Positions 8,584 through 18,810 of a stretch of DNA of 46,125 nucleotides are shown piece by piece. A program made the translations under genes and the position numbers. Numbering within the stretch: the stretch's first letter is position 1; every line of letters begins with the position of its first letter. Source of the DNA: Planctomycetia bacterium (GTDB lineage Bacteria; Planctomycetota; Planctomycetia; Gemmatales; Gemmataceae). The DNA lies in contig JANNDF010000418.1 of NCBI GenBank assembly GCA_031387445.1, forward strand, positions 1 to 46,125, in the 5' to 3' direction. The notes under the pieces are model-generated. The model was not told where the DNA came from. It did not search any database and was given only the letters and a program-made list of their open reading frames with translations.

Positions 8584-8626
8584 TACCGAGGGCCGGACTT
8601 GAACCGGCGACCTATCGCTTATGAAA
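8584..8626 (-). pseudogene. tRNA 3'-half fragment (anticodon-loop remnant, variable loop, T-arm, acceptor 3' strand); not a complete tRNA
   Basis: The minus strand reads ttCATaa GCGAT AGGTC GCCGG TTCAAGT CCGGC CCTCGGT A. The T-arm and 5-nt variable loop are canonical. No complementary 5' acceptor (ACCGAGG), D-arm or 5' anticodon-stem strand exists upstream. Confidence 0.55.
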
Positions 8627-8903
8627 CTGCCCGGAAAACCCCTCCCGCCGCGTCAAATCTCCCACAATTTCAGGCATTCTATCACGCCGGGCGGCCGATG
8701 CAACCTCACACATCGGGCATCAAGAAATGCCTGGAATTGCGGTAGTCGCGGATCGTTTTGCGGTATTTCGCGGTAACACAGGCAGGCGTCGTACACGAAG
8801 CGGGCGGCGTCCATGAACAGCACGTGGGCGGAGCGGCGGCTGCCTCACGGTCGGACGTAGCACGGCGACGGAATGCCGGTCAGGTGGCTCGTCGCGCACC
8901 GGC

Positions 8904-9536
<633 letters not shown>

Positions 9537-9579
9537 GGGCGACTCCGGGGACGGTGGGTGTCAGTCAGGGTCGAGTCGG

Positions 9580-12500
9580 TCAGCGGTAGATTACTTTCTT
9601 GCCCACTGCTTGGGCGAGCAGTTTGCGGTCACGGGCGGTGACGACACCGTCCACGTCCAGGTCGGCGTCGGCGTCCCAGGCGACCGACCCGGGGCGGCTG
9701 CCGAGGGCAGCATTCACCCGCGTTTGGTCGGCCGCGTCCACCGCCCCGTCGCCGTTCAGGTCGCCGAGCAGCCGGTGGAACGGTTGGGTGGTCATGCGGC
9801 CGTCGTTCAGCTTGTTCCCGGCCGCGTCCGTCACCAACGAGCCGTACACCTGCCACTCGTAGTACCCGTCGGCCAGCGAGCCGTCGAGCGACCACGTGAG
9901 GGTGCGGGTGGCCTCGTCGTATTGGAACTGGGCCGCCGACTGGGTGAGCAGTTCGCCGGCCCCCTTGCCGTTCAGGCCGTAGCTCAGCAGCCGGAACGCG
10001 CGGGTGATGTCGCCCGAGCGGATGAGCGACGGCACGTTCACCGCCTCGTCGAACGTCCACGTCATGCGGTTCACCCGGCTCCGCTGCGTCTCGCCGTTCT
10101 GCAACCAGGTGGCCGAGACCGCCGGCGGGGTAGTGTCAGCCGGCGGGGGTGGGGGTGTCACGGGTAGAACCGCGACAGCCCGCGCGCCAGTCGCCCCGCT
10201 CGTGACCATCACCGGGGCCACCTCGCCGCCGAGCGACGTGCCGCTTGGCGGTTCCACCCCGAGGCGGAAGGTGCCCGGCTTCAGGTCGGCGAACGTGGCG
10301 GTGCCGTCTTCGGCAGTGGTGGTGAACGCCTCGCCGTCGTCGCGGGTGCCGTTCGCGTTCGCGTCCAGGAACACCACCACGCCCGACCGCCCGCCTTCCC
10401 CGTCGGACTGAGTGCCGTCGGCGTCGGCGTCGTCGAACACGGTGACGGCGATTTCGGCCGGGCGATAGAAGCCGAGGTCGGCGTCGGCGGTGGTGGCACC
10501 GGGGGCGACCACCACCGACCGGCCGACGAAGGCGGCGGTCGGCCGCGTGCCCGGCTGTCCGGGGGTCGTCCCCGGTGCGAGCGGGGTGGGGGTTTCGCCG
10601 GGCACGAACGCGCGGACGGCGCGGGCGAGCGCGCTCACGTCGAGCCGGCGGTACGTCTGCCCGGTGTTGGTCACGTTGTCCTGCTCGTCGTCCCCGTCGG
10701 TGACGGCCGTGCCCGAGGTGAACAGCAGGGACTGCAACTCGGCGACGGTCAGAAACCGGCCGAGGGTTTCGCGGGCGATCTGTTGAGCGACGGCGACCGC
10801 GCCCGTCACCTGCGGGGTGGCCGCGCTCGTGCCGGACAGCGTGACCGCCGCCCCGCTCGTGCCGACCGTGGAGACGAACGCCCCCGGCGCGAACAGGGTG
10901 GCCCCGGCCGCGTCCCGCTGGGAGAAGCTGGCGATGCGATCGGCCGCCGACGTGTAGTCCTTCGCCCCGTTCCCCCACGCGGCCGACCCGCGGTCGGCCG
11001 CGTACACGGCCCCCACCGCCAGCACGTTCGGGTCGGCCGCCGGGTAGGCGACGCCGGCCGCGACGGCGTGGTTGTTGCCCGCCGCCGCCACCACCAGCAC
11101 GCCCTTCGCCGCCAGCGCCGCGAACTCGTCGTCCAGGCCGTACTGCGCGGTGGCCAGCGACCGCCCGGTGCCGTCCCCGAACGACAGGTTGACGGCCACG
11201 ATGTTGTACCGTGCGGCGTTCTCGGCCACCCACTTCAACCCCTTCTCGACGACGGCGAAGTCGCCGCGGCCGGCAGCGTCGAGCACCCGCAGGACGATCA
11301 CGTCCGCCCCCGGCGCGACCCGGCGTGCGAGGGCGGCTACCCCGGTGCCGTGCCCGCTCAGGTCCTGGGCGACGGCGTCGGCGTCCACGAAGTCGTACTG
11401 GTACACCACCCCGTCGGGCGTGCCATCGCCGTTCGCGTCCGCGCCGAACGCGCCGCCGGCGTTCGCCACGCCGGTGTCCAGGAACACCACGCTCGTCCCC
11501 CGCCCGTCGGCGGTGGTGAAACCGGCGTCCGCCCGCAGGCGGGTGAGGCCGATGAGCGCGTCCGCGTCCGAGGCGGGCGTGCCGACCGGTGTGGCCACAT
11601 CGGCCACGGCCGCGAACGCCCCGACCGCGTCTAGCCCAGACACGGCCAGCCAGCCGGCCGGCTGCTCAGCCGCGACGGTGTGCGTGCCGGGCGGCAGGCC
11701 GGTGAACGTGTACCGCCCGTCCTCGCCGGCCGTGGTGGCCTGCTCGCCCTCGTCGCGGGTGCCGTTCCCGTTCTCGTCCACGAACACCGCCCACCCGCCG
11801 AGTGCCGGCTCGTCTGCCTGCCGCTCACCGTCGGCGTTCAGGTCCTCGTACAGCGTGCCGCTGATGCCGCCCGGCTCAAGCGGTTCCGCGGTCGGGTCGG
11901 GCATCACGGTCGTGGTGTCACCAGCCGTCTTCATCGGCTGAACGTTGCCCGCGCGGTCGGTGGCCACGCTGAAGAACGAGTACGTCCGCCCGAGTTCGCC
12001 GGTGAAATACGCCGACGTGGCGGTGGTGCCCGTCTGCCAGCGGGCGAACGCGCCGCCGTTGACGGACACGTACACGTCGAACCCGGCCACGCCAGACCCG
12101 TCGCCGTCGTCGCCCGCCCACGACACCAGGAAGCGGCTCTCGCTCTCGGCCGGCAGCGGGGAAACGGAGCTGGTCGGCGGGGCGGCGTCCGGGTCGCCGA
12201 GCACCGTCACCGGGTCGGACTCGGCGGCGGTGGCGGTGTTGCCGGCCAGGTCGCGGGCCACAACGGTGAACGTGTAGGTGTGGCCGGGCAGCCCGTAGAA
12301 CACCCCGCCGGTGGCGTCGGTGTCGCGGAGCCAGACGACCGGATCGTCGGCCGGGGCGAGTTCGGACGCGGCCACCCCCGACCCGACGGCCGGCCGGGTG
12401 GTGTCGGTCACGTATACGGTGTAGTCGCGGACGCCGACGCCGGTGCTGTCGTCGTTCGCCGCCCAACTGACCGGGATGCCGGCCGCCACTTCGGTCGGCG

Positions 12501-15500
12501 GCGTGACGGTCGGCGTGACGGCCTCCGGCGGGCGTGCGTCGATGGTGTTGAAGATGGGCGGGGTATCGATCGGCTCGTTGATGTCGAACACGATGCGGGC
12601 TTGGGCGTCGATGCGGGTGCCCGTCTCGGCGGACTTCTTCGCCTTCACGGTGTACGACACGAACCCCTGCCCACTGCCCTCGGAGTTTGGCGGGAGGAGG
12701 CCGACGAGCGGGTTGCCGGGCACGTCGCCGGTGGCCGGATCGACCGAGCGGAGCTCCCAGAACACCTCGGCGGTGGCGACGTTCACGCCGGCGATGACGT
12801 CCACGAAGATGCCGAACTTCTCCCGCAGGTCGAGGCGGGTCTGGTATGCGGAGCGGTTGTCAGGCACGTCCACCTGCAGGTCGCCGAAGCCGAAGTCGCC
12901 GAGGCGGAAGGTGCGGGCGTCGAGGTCGGAGTCGAGCGTTTGGGTGATACGAACGACCTGCGCCGGCGCGGTGGCCACGAGCGGGTCGTTCTCGAACCGC
13001 ACGGTGTATGGCAGCGGGTCGTTCACCCCCACCCACTTCTCGTCCCCGTACCCGGAGGGACCGATGATGTCGTTCGGGTCCGCGGACCCGCGGTGCTCGG
13101 AGTCCTCACACGAGTCGCCCTCGCACTTGTCATCCTTCGTCACCTCGATGGTGACATGGCCCTGACCGACCACGACGCTCGGCTTGCCGTCCACCTTACG
13201 ATATGCGATGTAGTTGAAGCTGGCTTCGCCGACGAAGTCGGTGTCCGGCTGGAAGCGGAACCCGCCCTGGCGGTTGAAGGTGATGAGCGCTCCGCCGACG
13301 ATCGGCCCAACCCCCCACGAGTTGACGAACAAGTCCCCGCACTCCACCCCGATGTCGTTCGACAGCACCCCGCGGGGGCTGATGTTCAGGGCGTGATTCT
13401 TGCTCGTACGGTAGTGGTCAGGATTCACCTTGGCCTCGTCACCCAATTTCTCCCGCACCCTATCGTACTCGTCGAGCGCCTTCTTAGCCTTTTCGACGGC
13501 CTCGAAATAGCGGTCGCCGGCAGCATTCACCTTGTCGTTTGCCTCTCTGATCTTGAGGAACCCCTCGTAAGCCGCCTTGCCTGTGCTGTAGATGTCTAAG
13601 GCGATCGAAATGACACCGGTCAACTGCCCAATTCCCTTCAAAAACTGCTCATACCGCAGTAGGTCCAGGTTGTTGCGTGCGAGTGCCAAGATCTCGGCCT
13701 TCCGGCGATAAAGTAGAATCCCCGCATCCGCCATTTGCCCCAACACGTTTACGCCGGTGTTCAGTTGCCCGATCCATGCGGGCAGTCCTTCAAGCATGTT
13801 CAACGGGTCGGGTAGATCTTTGAAGAACGAGACCGTTGAGTGGCCGTTGTTAAATACCCCTAGGGTGGTCAAGACGATGTCCGCCCACCGACCGCTCCCT
13901 TTCGCGAGTGTAAAGAGGCCACGGAGACTGCCCAACCCGGTCGCGAAAGAGACTGCGTCGAGAGCGAGTTTCCCTAATTCGATGCCTACGTCCCCGAGAG
14001 CCAGGTTTGTGGTGTAGTGGAATGACTCGAGTTCAGACTGCCAAGCTTCGAACGCCAAGTCCATCACCTTGAACGCTTGCTGGACCCGCTTGTAGGCGGC
14101 GTCTGACTTGGGGGACGGGCACTCAGCCGGCTCAGGCAGTTCGAGTTGAACCTTCTCCGCCTCCAACTCCTCCGCGTCCGTCCAGTAGTTCGTCCAGGCC
14201 GAGCGTTCGAGGGCCGACGCGGTAAAAGTCCCTGCCGCGGCCGACGCTGCGGACATCAGATTGGGCACGAGGAGGATGGCGAGTGTGGTAGTGGACGCCA
14301 CACGGATGTCCGGCTGACGCACTGCCACGTAGCCGGGGAATTGGACGTGTACCGAGTACGTGCCGGTCGGGATGTCGGTCGCGTCGAATCGGCCGGCGGC
14401 ATCCGTCGGCAGGGTGAACACGGCTGTCGGGTCACTCGTGTCGATGAGTACGACGACTCCCTCGCCTGGCGACGTGCCATTTCCCGTCGCCTGTCCCTGG
14501 ACGCGGTGAACGGCGGGAAGAGCGATGCTGAGCGAACCACCGTCGGAGGTGACGGTGAGCACACCTGAAATGACCGCCTGCCCGACCGTCACCTCGGCCC
14601 GATACGTCCCCGGAACGAGGTGAGCGAACGTGACCGCCCCGGACTCGTCAGTGACGCCGTCGCCGGCCGGGAAGTCTGCACCGTTCAACGTGCCGACGAA
14701 CCGCACTTTCAGGCCTGCGACTCCTGTCCCCGTCAGCAGAACGGTGGCGGACGCCGATCCCGAGGTGAAATCGACGGCGGCACCCGCCCCGGCTTGGAGT
14801 AGAACGTCGGCAGTCGGGTTGAAGCTGCCGCGGTCTGCACGCGCGACGACCGTGAACGGACCGATACCATCAAGTGTCAGGGAATATGTGCCGTCTGCGG
14901 CAGTCACTGCTACCGCAACCAGTTGCTCGTTCGCGTATACACCGACGGTGGCATCGGCGCCCCCCCCACCATCGGCCCGCCGCACGACCCCCGTCAGAGT
15001 CGCGGACTCTGTCATGCTGATGTCGGGTGCCGTGACGACACCGGAGGCGGTCGTCACATCCACCGTGCCACGGCCGGCGATCCCGGTCTTGATCGTGTAC
15101 GTGCCAGCCCCAACCGCGTCGAACCGATACACCCCGTCGGCGTCCGTGACCGCCGACTGCGAAGCCCCGTCGGACGCCACCAGAGACACTTCGAACCAGA
15201 CCGCCGGCCGGGTGCCCATTCTGACGCGGCCAGTCAACTCGGCCCCAGCGGTGTAGGGAACGGACGCACTGCTGCGCACTTCCCCGGACTCCAGGTCGAT
15301 CTCGACTGCTGTGGACAGCCCTCTGGCTTCACCTGCCCGAAGTTCGTATCGCCCGGCTGGGAGGTTGGGGATTGAGAACCGGCCACTGCCGTCGGTCAGG
15401 GCAGTGCCGATGGTCTGGCCACCTGCTTTCGCAGAAACCTCGATTCCACCGAGGGTGAGACCCGCTGCGGCAGTCACAGCGCCGGAGATGGAGCCGGCGC

Positions 15501-18500
15501 GGTTGAACGGCACCGTGCCGGCGTCGAGCGCCCCGCCGGCTGTCACTGTCAGCGCCCGCGATGTCGTGAGGTATCCGTCCGCCGAGATGCTCAGCGTGTA
15601 CTCGCCGGCCGGTAGTCCGTGGACGGTGAACGTGTCGCCGTCCACCGTGCCCAGGTAGGCTCCGGGTGAGCCGTCGGTCGGGGTGGCCGCCACACGCAGT
15701 GCGGAGTTCGGCCCACCGGCCTCCCGCGTCACACGCCCGCTGATGACCCCCTCGGCGGCCAGGATGAACGTGCGGGTCAGCCCGTCCCCGCTAATCGCCA
15801 CGTTGCTCAGCTGTACCGTCGCACGGCCGGTCGCCGTCACCGTCACCGAGTAGTCGCCGTCCGGCAGGTGTGGGATGGCGAACTTGCCGTCCGCCCCGGT
15901 CGTCGCGGTTTCCACCACACCATTCCCGATGACCTGCACCTGCGCCCCGTTGACGGCCACGCCGGTGTCGGTTTGCACCCGCCCGGAGAAGGTGGCACCG
16001 GGGACGAGCGTCAGGGCGACCGGTTGGTTCTTCAGCCCGGCGGTGAGGGCGAACGTCGGGTCGCCCGCCACCACCGCCCCGGCCACCTCGAAGCGGTACG
16101 TGCCGGTCGTCAGCCCGGTGAGCGTGAACCCGCCGGTCGCGTTCATCCGGCCGAAGAACACGTCGCCGGTGGTGGTGTTCCGGGCGGTCACGTCCGCGCC
16201 GGCCAGCACCACCGCGAAATCGGTCGCCGAGGCGGTGCCGCGGACGGACGTGGTCACCACGTCGGCTACCGCCTCCTCGAACTCGGCGTCGAGCAGAGGT
16301 TGCAAGTCGTTCCGCACCACCCCGAGTTGGTTAGCGTGTCGGGCGAGCATCCGCAGGTAGTCGCCGTTGGTGGCGACCCGCGAGCCGAGGCGGGCGAACG
16401 CCAGTTCGAAGTCGGCGTCCGACAGCCCGTACCCCGGCCCGTCCCGCAGGTCGTCTCGGGACGGGTCCCAGTCGAACCGAGCCTTCTCGTCCTTGTACAG
16501 GCGGGTGAGTTCGTAGTGGATGTCGGCGATGTACGGGATGGGGATGTCGCTGTTGCGGGTGGTCAGCCGGAGCACCCCGCCCGCGCCGGCCGGCAGCACA
16601 CCCGTCGGGCCGGTGGTGGACGCGGCGTAGAACGTCCAGTCCTGCATGCCCATGCCGTCCACGATCTCGGCCATGGAGAAGCCGAACTCGTCGGTGCTGG
16701 TCAGGTTCAGCACAGGCGCGGGAGCGTCGTTCAGCCCCGAGTTCGACCAGTACACGTGGAACTGGTAGCTGAGGGTGTCCACGAACGGGAAGCCGGTGCG
16801 CGGGCGGACGATGGCGTCCGGGGCGTCCACCACCACCTTCACGTCTGCCCCGCCGCCGCGGACCACTTCCATCCCGTTCGCCACGGTGGTCGTCTTGCCG
16901 CTGGCGGTTTTGAATCGCACGTCGTAGCTGCCCGGCGTCACCGCCGTCAGGTTGAAAGTGGCGTACAGCTTGGCGTCACTCACCCGGTAGTAGTCGGTCG
17001 CGGTCGCCACCACCGCGCCGGCCGGGTTCACCAGCTCGGCCGTCACCGTGCGGTCGAACTTCGCCCCGTTGATCTCGATGGTGCGGTTGCCGGCCGTGCC
17101 GCCCTTGCCGTAGCTGGTGTCGAACACGCTGAACTGCACCGTCTTCGCCGTGAGGGTGTACCCGCCGCTCGGCAACCCGGCCGTGCCCCGCACCAGGATG
17201 TAGTACGTGCCGGCCTGCGTCCGACCGACGAGTGCCCGCTGGTCGATGCCGAGTACGTCCTCGTTCCGCACGTCGAACGCCGTCGGCGAGGCCGGCTCGC
17301 CGAACCGCGCGTACAGTTCGGTCGAACCGTCAGTGGCGGCCATGTCGAGGGTGACGAGCAGCGCCTCACCCGCCGCCACGTCCACGCGGTAGTACGCCAC
17401 TTGGCCGTCGGCGAGGGTGCCGGTGGCGGCGGTGCCGAGCGTCAGGGCGGGCACGTCCACGGAGAAGCGGTCGAGGCTGGCGAACGTGTTGTTCGCGTCG
17501 TTCGTCTCCCGCACCTGGTTCCGCACGTCGGTGCGGACGATCAGCTTGTACGTGCCGGGGGTGACGCCGGGCAGGGCGGCCGTCAGCGTCTCGGTGTAGC
17601 TCGCCCCGCCGGCCACGTCGCCGGTGTGCAGCACCTTGCCCAGGAAGGCGTCGCCCAGGTCCCAGGTGTCGTCGGTGGACAGGAACAGGTTGTCGAACCA
17701 ACTGCCGACGGCCGGGTTCGCGCCGGCGTTCGTGACCGAGTACGTGACCGTCACCGGCTGGCCGGGGGTGGCGGTGGCCGGGATCGTCACCGTGCCGGCG
17801 ACCAGATCGGCCGGCGGCTGGAGGGTGAGGACGACCGCGCCGGGGGCGGAGCCGACGTTGTTGTCTTCGTCCGCCTCCGGGGTGATGCGGTTGCCGCCGT
17901 CCGTCACCACGAACGCAGTGAACGTGCCGGTCAGCCCGGCCGGGATGACGCCGGTGAGCGTGCCGGTGTACTCCGCCCCGGCGGCGAGGGTGTCGGTGGA
18001 GTCGCGGTAGCCCAGGTACACATCCGATCCGCGGTCGAGGGTGTCGTCGAGCGACAGGTAGACGGCGTCATACCACGGGCCGGTGGCAGTCGGGCCGGCG
18101 TTCCGCACCGTCCACGTGACAGTGAACGGCTGGCCGGCCACGCCCGTCGTCGGGGCGGACACGCCCGTCACCCGCAGGTCGAGGGACGGGGGCGGGGCGG
18201 CGGTGACGGCCACGGCCGTCGGCGACAGGGCGTTGTTGTTCCCTTCCCCGGTCGGCTCCGTCACCTGCCCCTGGGCGTCCGTCGTCACGCGGACGAAGTA
18301 CGTGCCCGGCACCAGGTTGGCCGGCACGGTGAACGACACGCTTGGCGAGTACGACTCCCCGCCCGACAGTGGGTTGGTGCGGCGGAAGGTGCCCAACTCG
18401 GCCACCTCGCCGCCGGCACTGTTGGTCAGCACCACCCGGTCGTACCAGAACGGGGCCGGGGTGGCACCGACGCCGCTGTTCGTCACCCGCCAGGAGACGG

Positions 18501-18810
18501 TCAGGGTGCCGCCGGCCGCGACCGGGCCGGTGGCGGACACGCCCGAGACGGTCAGGTCGGGCACACGGCGGGTGACAGTGATCGGGGCGGTGCCGGCATT
18601 GTTTGCGTCGTCCGACTCGTACACCGCGTTGCCGGTGTCGGTGCGGACGCTGAGCGTGTAGCCGCCGGCCAGGGTGAACGGCACGGCGACGGTCACGGTC
18701 TCGGTGTACGTCGCCCCGGCCGCCAGGATGCCGCCGTGCCCGCGGGTGCCCAGGTCGGTCTCGCCGCCGTCGGCGGCCACGGCCACGAACCGATCCGTCC
18801 ACCCGCTCAC
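9580..18810 (-). CDS. C-terminal 3,076 codons of a giant secreted multidomain protein (continuation of ORF 18068..25402 after a frame change)
   Basis: Domain order: about 4 CARDB units; a PPC-like domain (YYRVDV...TYYILVRG); multiple carboxypeptidase-regulatory-like units (GRV.D..G..V.GA.V......TD..G.F....L..G.Y); a helical module; a cadherin/Ig-like unit (ISPRGVLSNDIG...FNYIAY); a SADPND...LPYTVRFEN...ATAPAQ module; 2 FN3-like units; an SdrD-B-like unit; an S8 subtilase (FLDTGV / SGHGTGV / AAAGNN / SGTSAATPQVTG); a second SdrD-B-like unit; and a dockerin (GDLNGDGAVDAAD...DLDVDGVVTARD). Confidence 0.88.
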   Translation of the reverse strand: MSGWTDRFVAVAADGGETDLGTRGHGGILAAGATYTETVTVAVPFTLAGGYTLSVRTDTGNAVYESDDANNAGTAPITVTRRVPDLTVSGVSATGPVAAGGTLTVSWRVTNSGVGATPAPFWYDRVVLTNSAGGEVAELGTFRRTNPLSGGESYSPSVSFTVPANLVPGTYFVRVTTDAQGQVTEPTGEGNNNALSPTAVAVTAAPPPSLDLRVTGVSAPTTGVAGQPFTVTWTVRNAGPTATGPWYDAVYLSLDDTLDRGSDVYLGYRDSTDTLAAGAEYTGTLTGVIPAGLTGTFTAFVVTDGGNRITPEADEDNNVGSAPGAVVLTLQPPADLVAGTVTIPATATPGQPVTVTYSVTNAGANPAVGSWFDNLFLSTDDTWDLGDAFLGKVLHTGDVAGGASYTETLTAALPGVTPGTYKLIVRTDVRNQVRETNDANNTFASLDRFSVDVPALTLGTAATGTLADGQVAYYRVDVAAGEALLVTLDMAATDGSTELYARFGEPASPTAFDVRNEDVLGIDQRALVGRTQAGTYYILVRGTAGLPSGGYTLTAKTVQFSVFDTSYGKGGTAGNRTIEINGAKFDRTVTAELVNPAGAVVATATDYYRVSDAKLYATFNLTAVTPGSYDVRFKTASGKTTTVANGMEVVRGGGADVKVVVDAPDAIVRPRTGFPFVDTLSYQFHVYWSNSGLNDAPAPVLNLTSTDEFGFSMAEIVDGMGMQDWTFYAASTTGPTGVLPAGAGGVLRLTTRNSDIPIPYIADIHYELTRLYKDEKARFDWDPSRDDLRDGPGYGLSDADFELAFARLGSRVATNGDYLRMLARHANQLGVVRNDLQPLLDAEFEEAVADVVTTSVRGTASATDFAVVLAGADVTARNTTTGDVFFGRMNATGGFTLTGLTTGTYRFEVAGAVVAGDPTFALTAGLKNQPVALTLVPGATFSGRVQTDTGVAVNGAQVQVIGNGVVETATTGADGKFAIPHLPDGDYSVTVTATGRATVQLSNVAISGDGLTRTFILAAEGVISGRVTREAGGPNSALRVAATPTDGSPGAYLGTVDGDTFTVHGLPAGEYTLSISADGYLTTSRALTVTAGGALDAGTVPFNRAGSISGAVTAAAGLTLGGIEVSAKAGGQTIGTALTDGSGRFSIPNLPAGRYELRAGEARGLSTAVEIDLESGEVRSSASVPYTAGAELTGRVRMGTRPAVWFEVSLVASDGASQSAVTDADGVYRFDAVGAGTYTIKTGIAGRGTVDVTTASGVVTAPDISMTESATLTGVVRRADGGGGADATVGVYANEQLVAVAVTAADGTYSLTLDGIGPFTVVARADRGSFNPTADVLLQAGAGAAVDFTSGSASATVLLTGTGVAGLKVRFVGTLNGADFPAGDGVTDESGAVTFAHLVPGTYRAEVTVGQAVISGVLTVTSDGGSLSIALPAVHRVQGQATGNGTSPGEGVVVLIDTSDPTAVFTLPTDAAGRFDATDIPTGTYSVHVQFPGYVAVRQPDIRVASTTTLAILLVPNLMSAASAAAGTFTASALERSAWTNYWTDAEELEAEKVQLELPEPAECPSPKSDAAYKRVQQAFKVMDLAFEAWQSELESFHYTTNLALGDVGIELGKLALDAVSFATGLGSLRGLFTLAKGSGRWADIVLTTLGVFNNGHSTVSFFKDLPDPLNMLEGLPAWIGQLNTGVNVLGQMADAGILLYRRKAEILALARNNLDLLRYEQFLKGIGQLTGVISIALDIYSTGKAAYEGFLKIREANDKVNAAGDRYFEAVEKAKKALDEYDRVREKLGDEAKVNPDHYRTSKNHALNISPRGVLSNDIGVECGDLFVNSWGVGPIVGGALITFNRQGGFRFQPDTDFVGEASFNYIAYRKVDGKPSVVVGQGHVTIEVTKDDKCEGDSCEDSEHRGSADPNDIIGPSGYGDEKWVGVNDPLPYTVRFENDPLVATAPAQVVRITQTLDSDLDARTFRLGDFGFGDLQVDVPDNRSAYQTRLDLREKFGIFVDVIAGVNVATAEVFWELRSVDPATGDVPGNPLVGLLPPNSEGSGQGFVSYTVKAKKSAETGTRIDAQARIVFDINEPIDTPPIFNTIDARPPEAVTPTVTPPTEVAAGIPVSWAANDDSTGVGVRDYTVYVTDTTRPAVGSGVAASELAPADDPVVWLRDTDATGGVFYGLPGHTYTFTVVARDLAGNTATAAESDPVTVLGDPDAAPPTSSVSPLPAESESRFLVSWAGDDGDGSGVAGFDVYVSVNGGAFARWQTGTTATSAYFTGELGRTYSFFSVATDRAGNVQPMKTAGDTTTVMPDPTAEPLEPGGISGTLYEDLNADGERQADEPALGGWAVFVDENGNGTRDEGEQATTAGEDGRYTFTGLPPGTHTVAAEQPAGWLAVSGLDAVGAFAAVADVATPVGTPASDADALIGLTRLRADAGFTTADGRGTSVVFLDTGVANAGGAFGADANGDGTPDGVVYQYDFVDADAVAQDLSGHGTGVAALARRVAPGADVIVLRVLDAAGRGDFAVVEKGLKWVAENAARYNIVAVNLSFGDGTGRSLATAQYGLDDEFAALAAKGVLVVAAAGNNHAVAAGVAYPAADPNVLAVGAVYAADRGSAAWGNGAKDYTSAADRIASFSQRDAAGATLFAPGAFVSTVGTSGAAVTLSGTSAATPQVTGAVAVAQQIARETLGRFLTVAELQSLLFTSGTAVTDGDDEQDNVTNTGQTYRRLDVSALARAVRAFVPGETPTPLAPGTTPGQPGTRPTAAFVGRSVVVAPGATTADADLGFYRPAEIAVTVFDDADADGTQSDGEGGRSGVVVFLDANANGTRDDGEAFTTTAEDGTATFADLKPGTFRLGVEPPSGTSLGGEVAPVMVTSGATGARAVAVLPVTPPPPPADTTPPAVSATWLQNGETQRSRVNRMTWTFDEAVNVPSLIRSGDITRAFRLLSYGLNGKGAGELLTQSAAQFQYDEATRTLTWSLDGSLADGYYEWQVYGSLVTDAAGNKLNDGRMTTQPFHRLLGDLNGDGAVDAADQTRVNAALGSRPGSVAWDADADLDVDGVVTARDRKLLAQAVGKKVIYR

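Noticed and set aside
8584-8665. A complete tRNA gene (anticodon CAT) on the minus strand
   Set aside because: Only the 3' half folds. No sequence able to pair with the acceptor 3' strand CCTCGGT, no D-arm and no 5' anticodon-stem strand were found in the next 300 nt, which also argues against an intron-split tRNA. A tmRNA 3' end was considered too, but the 5' partner is absent.
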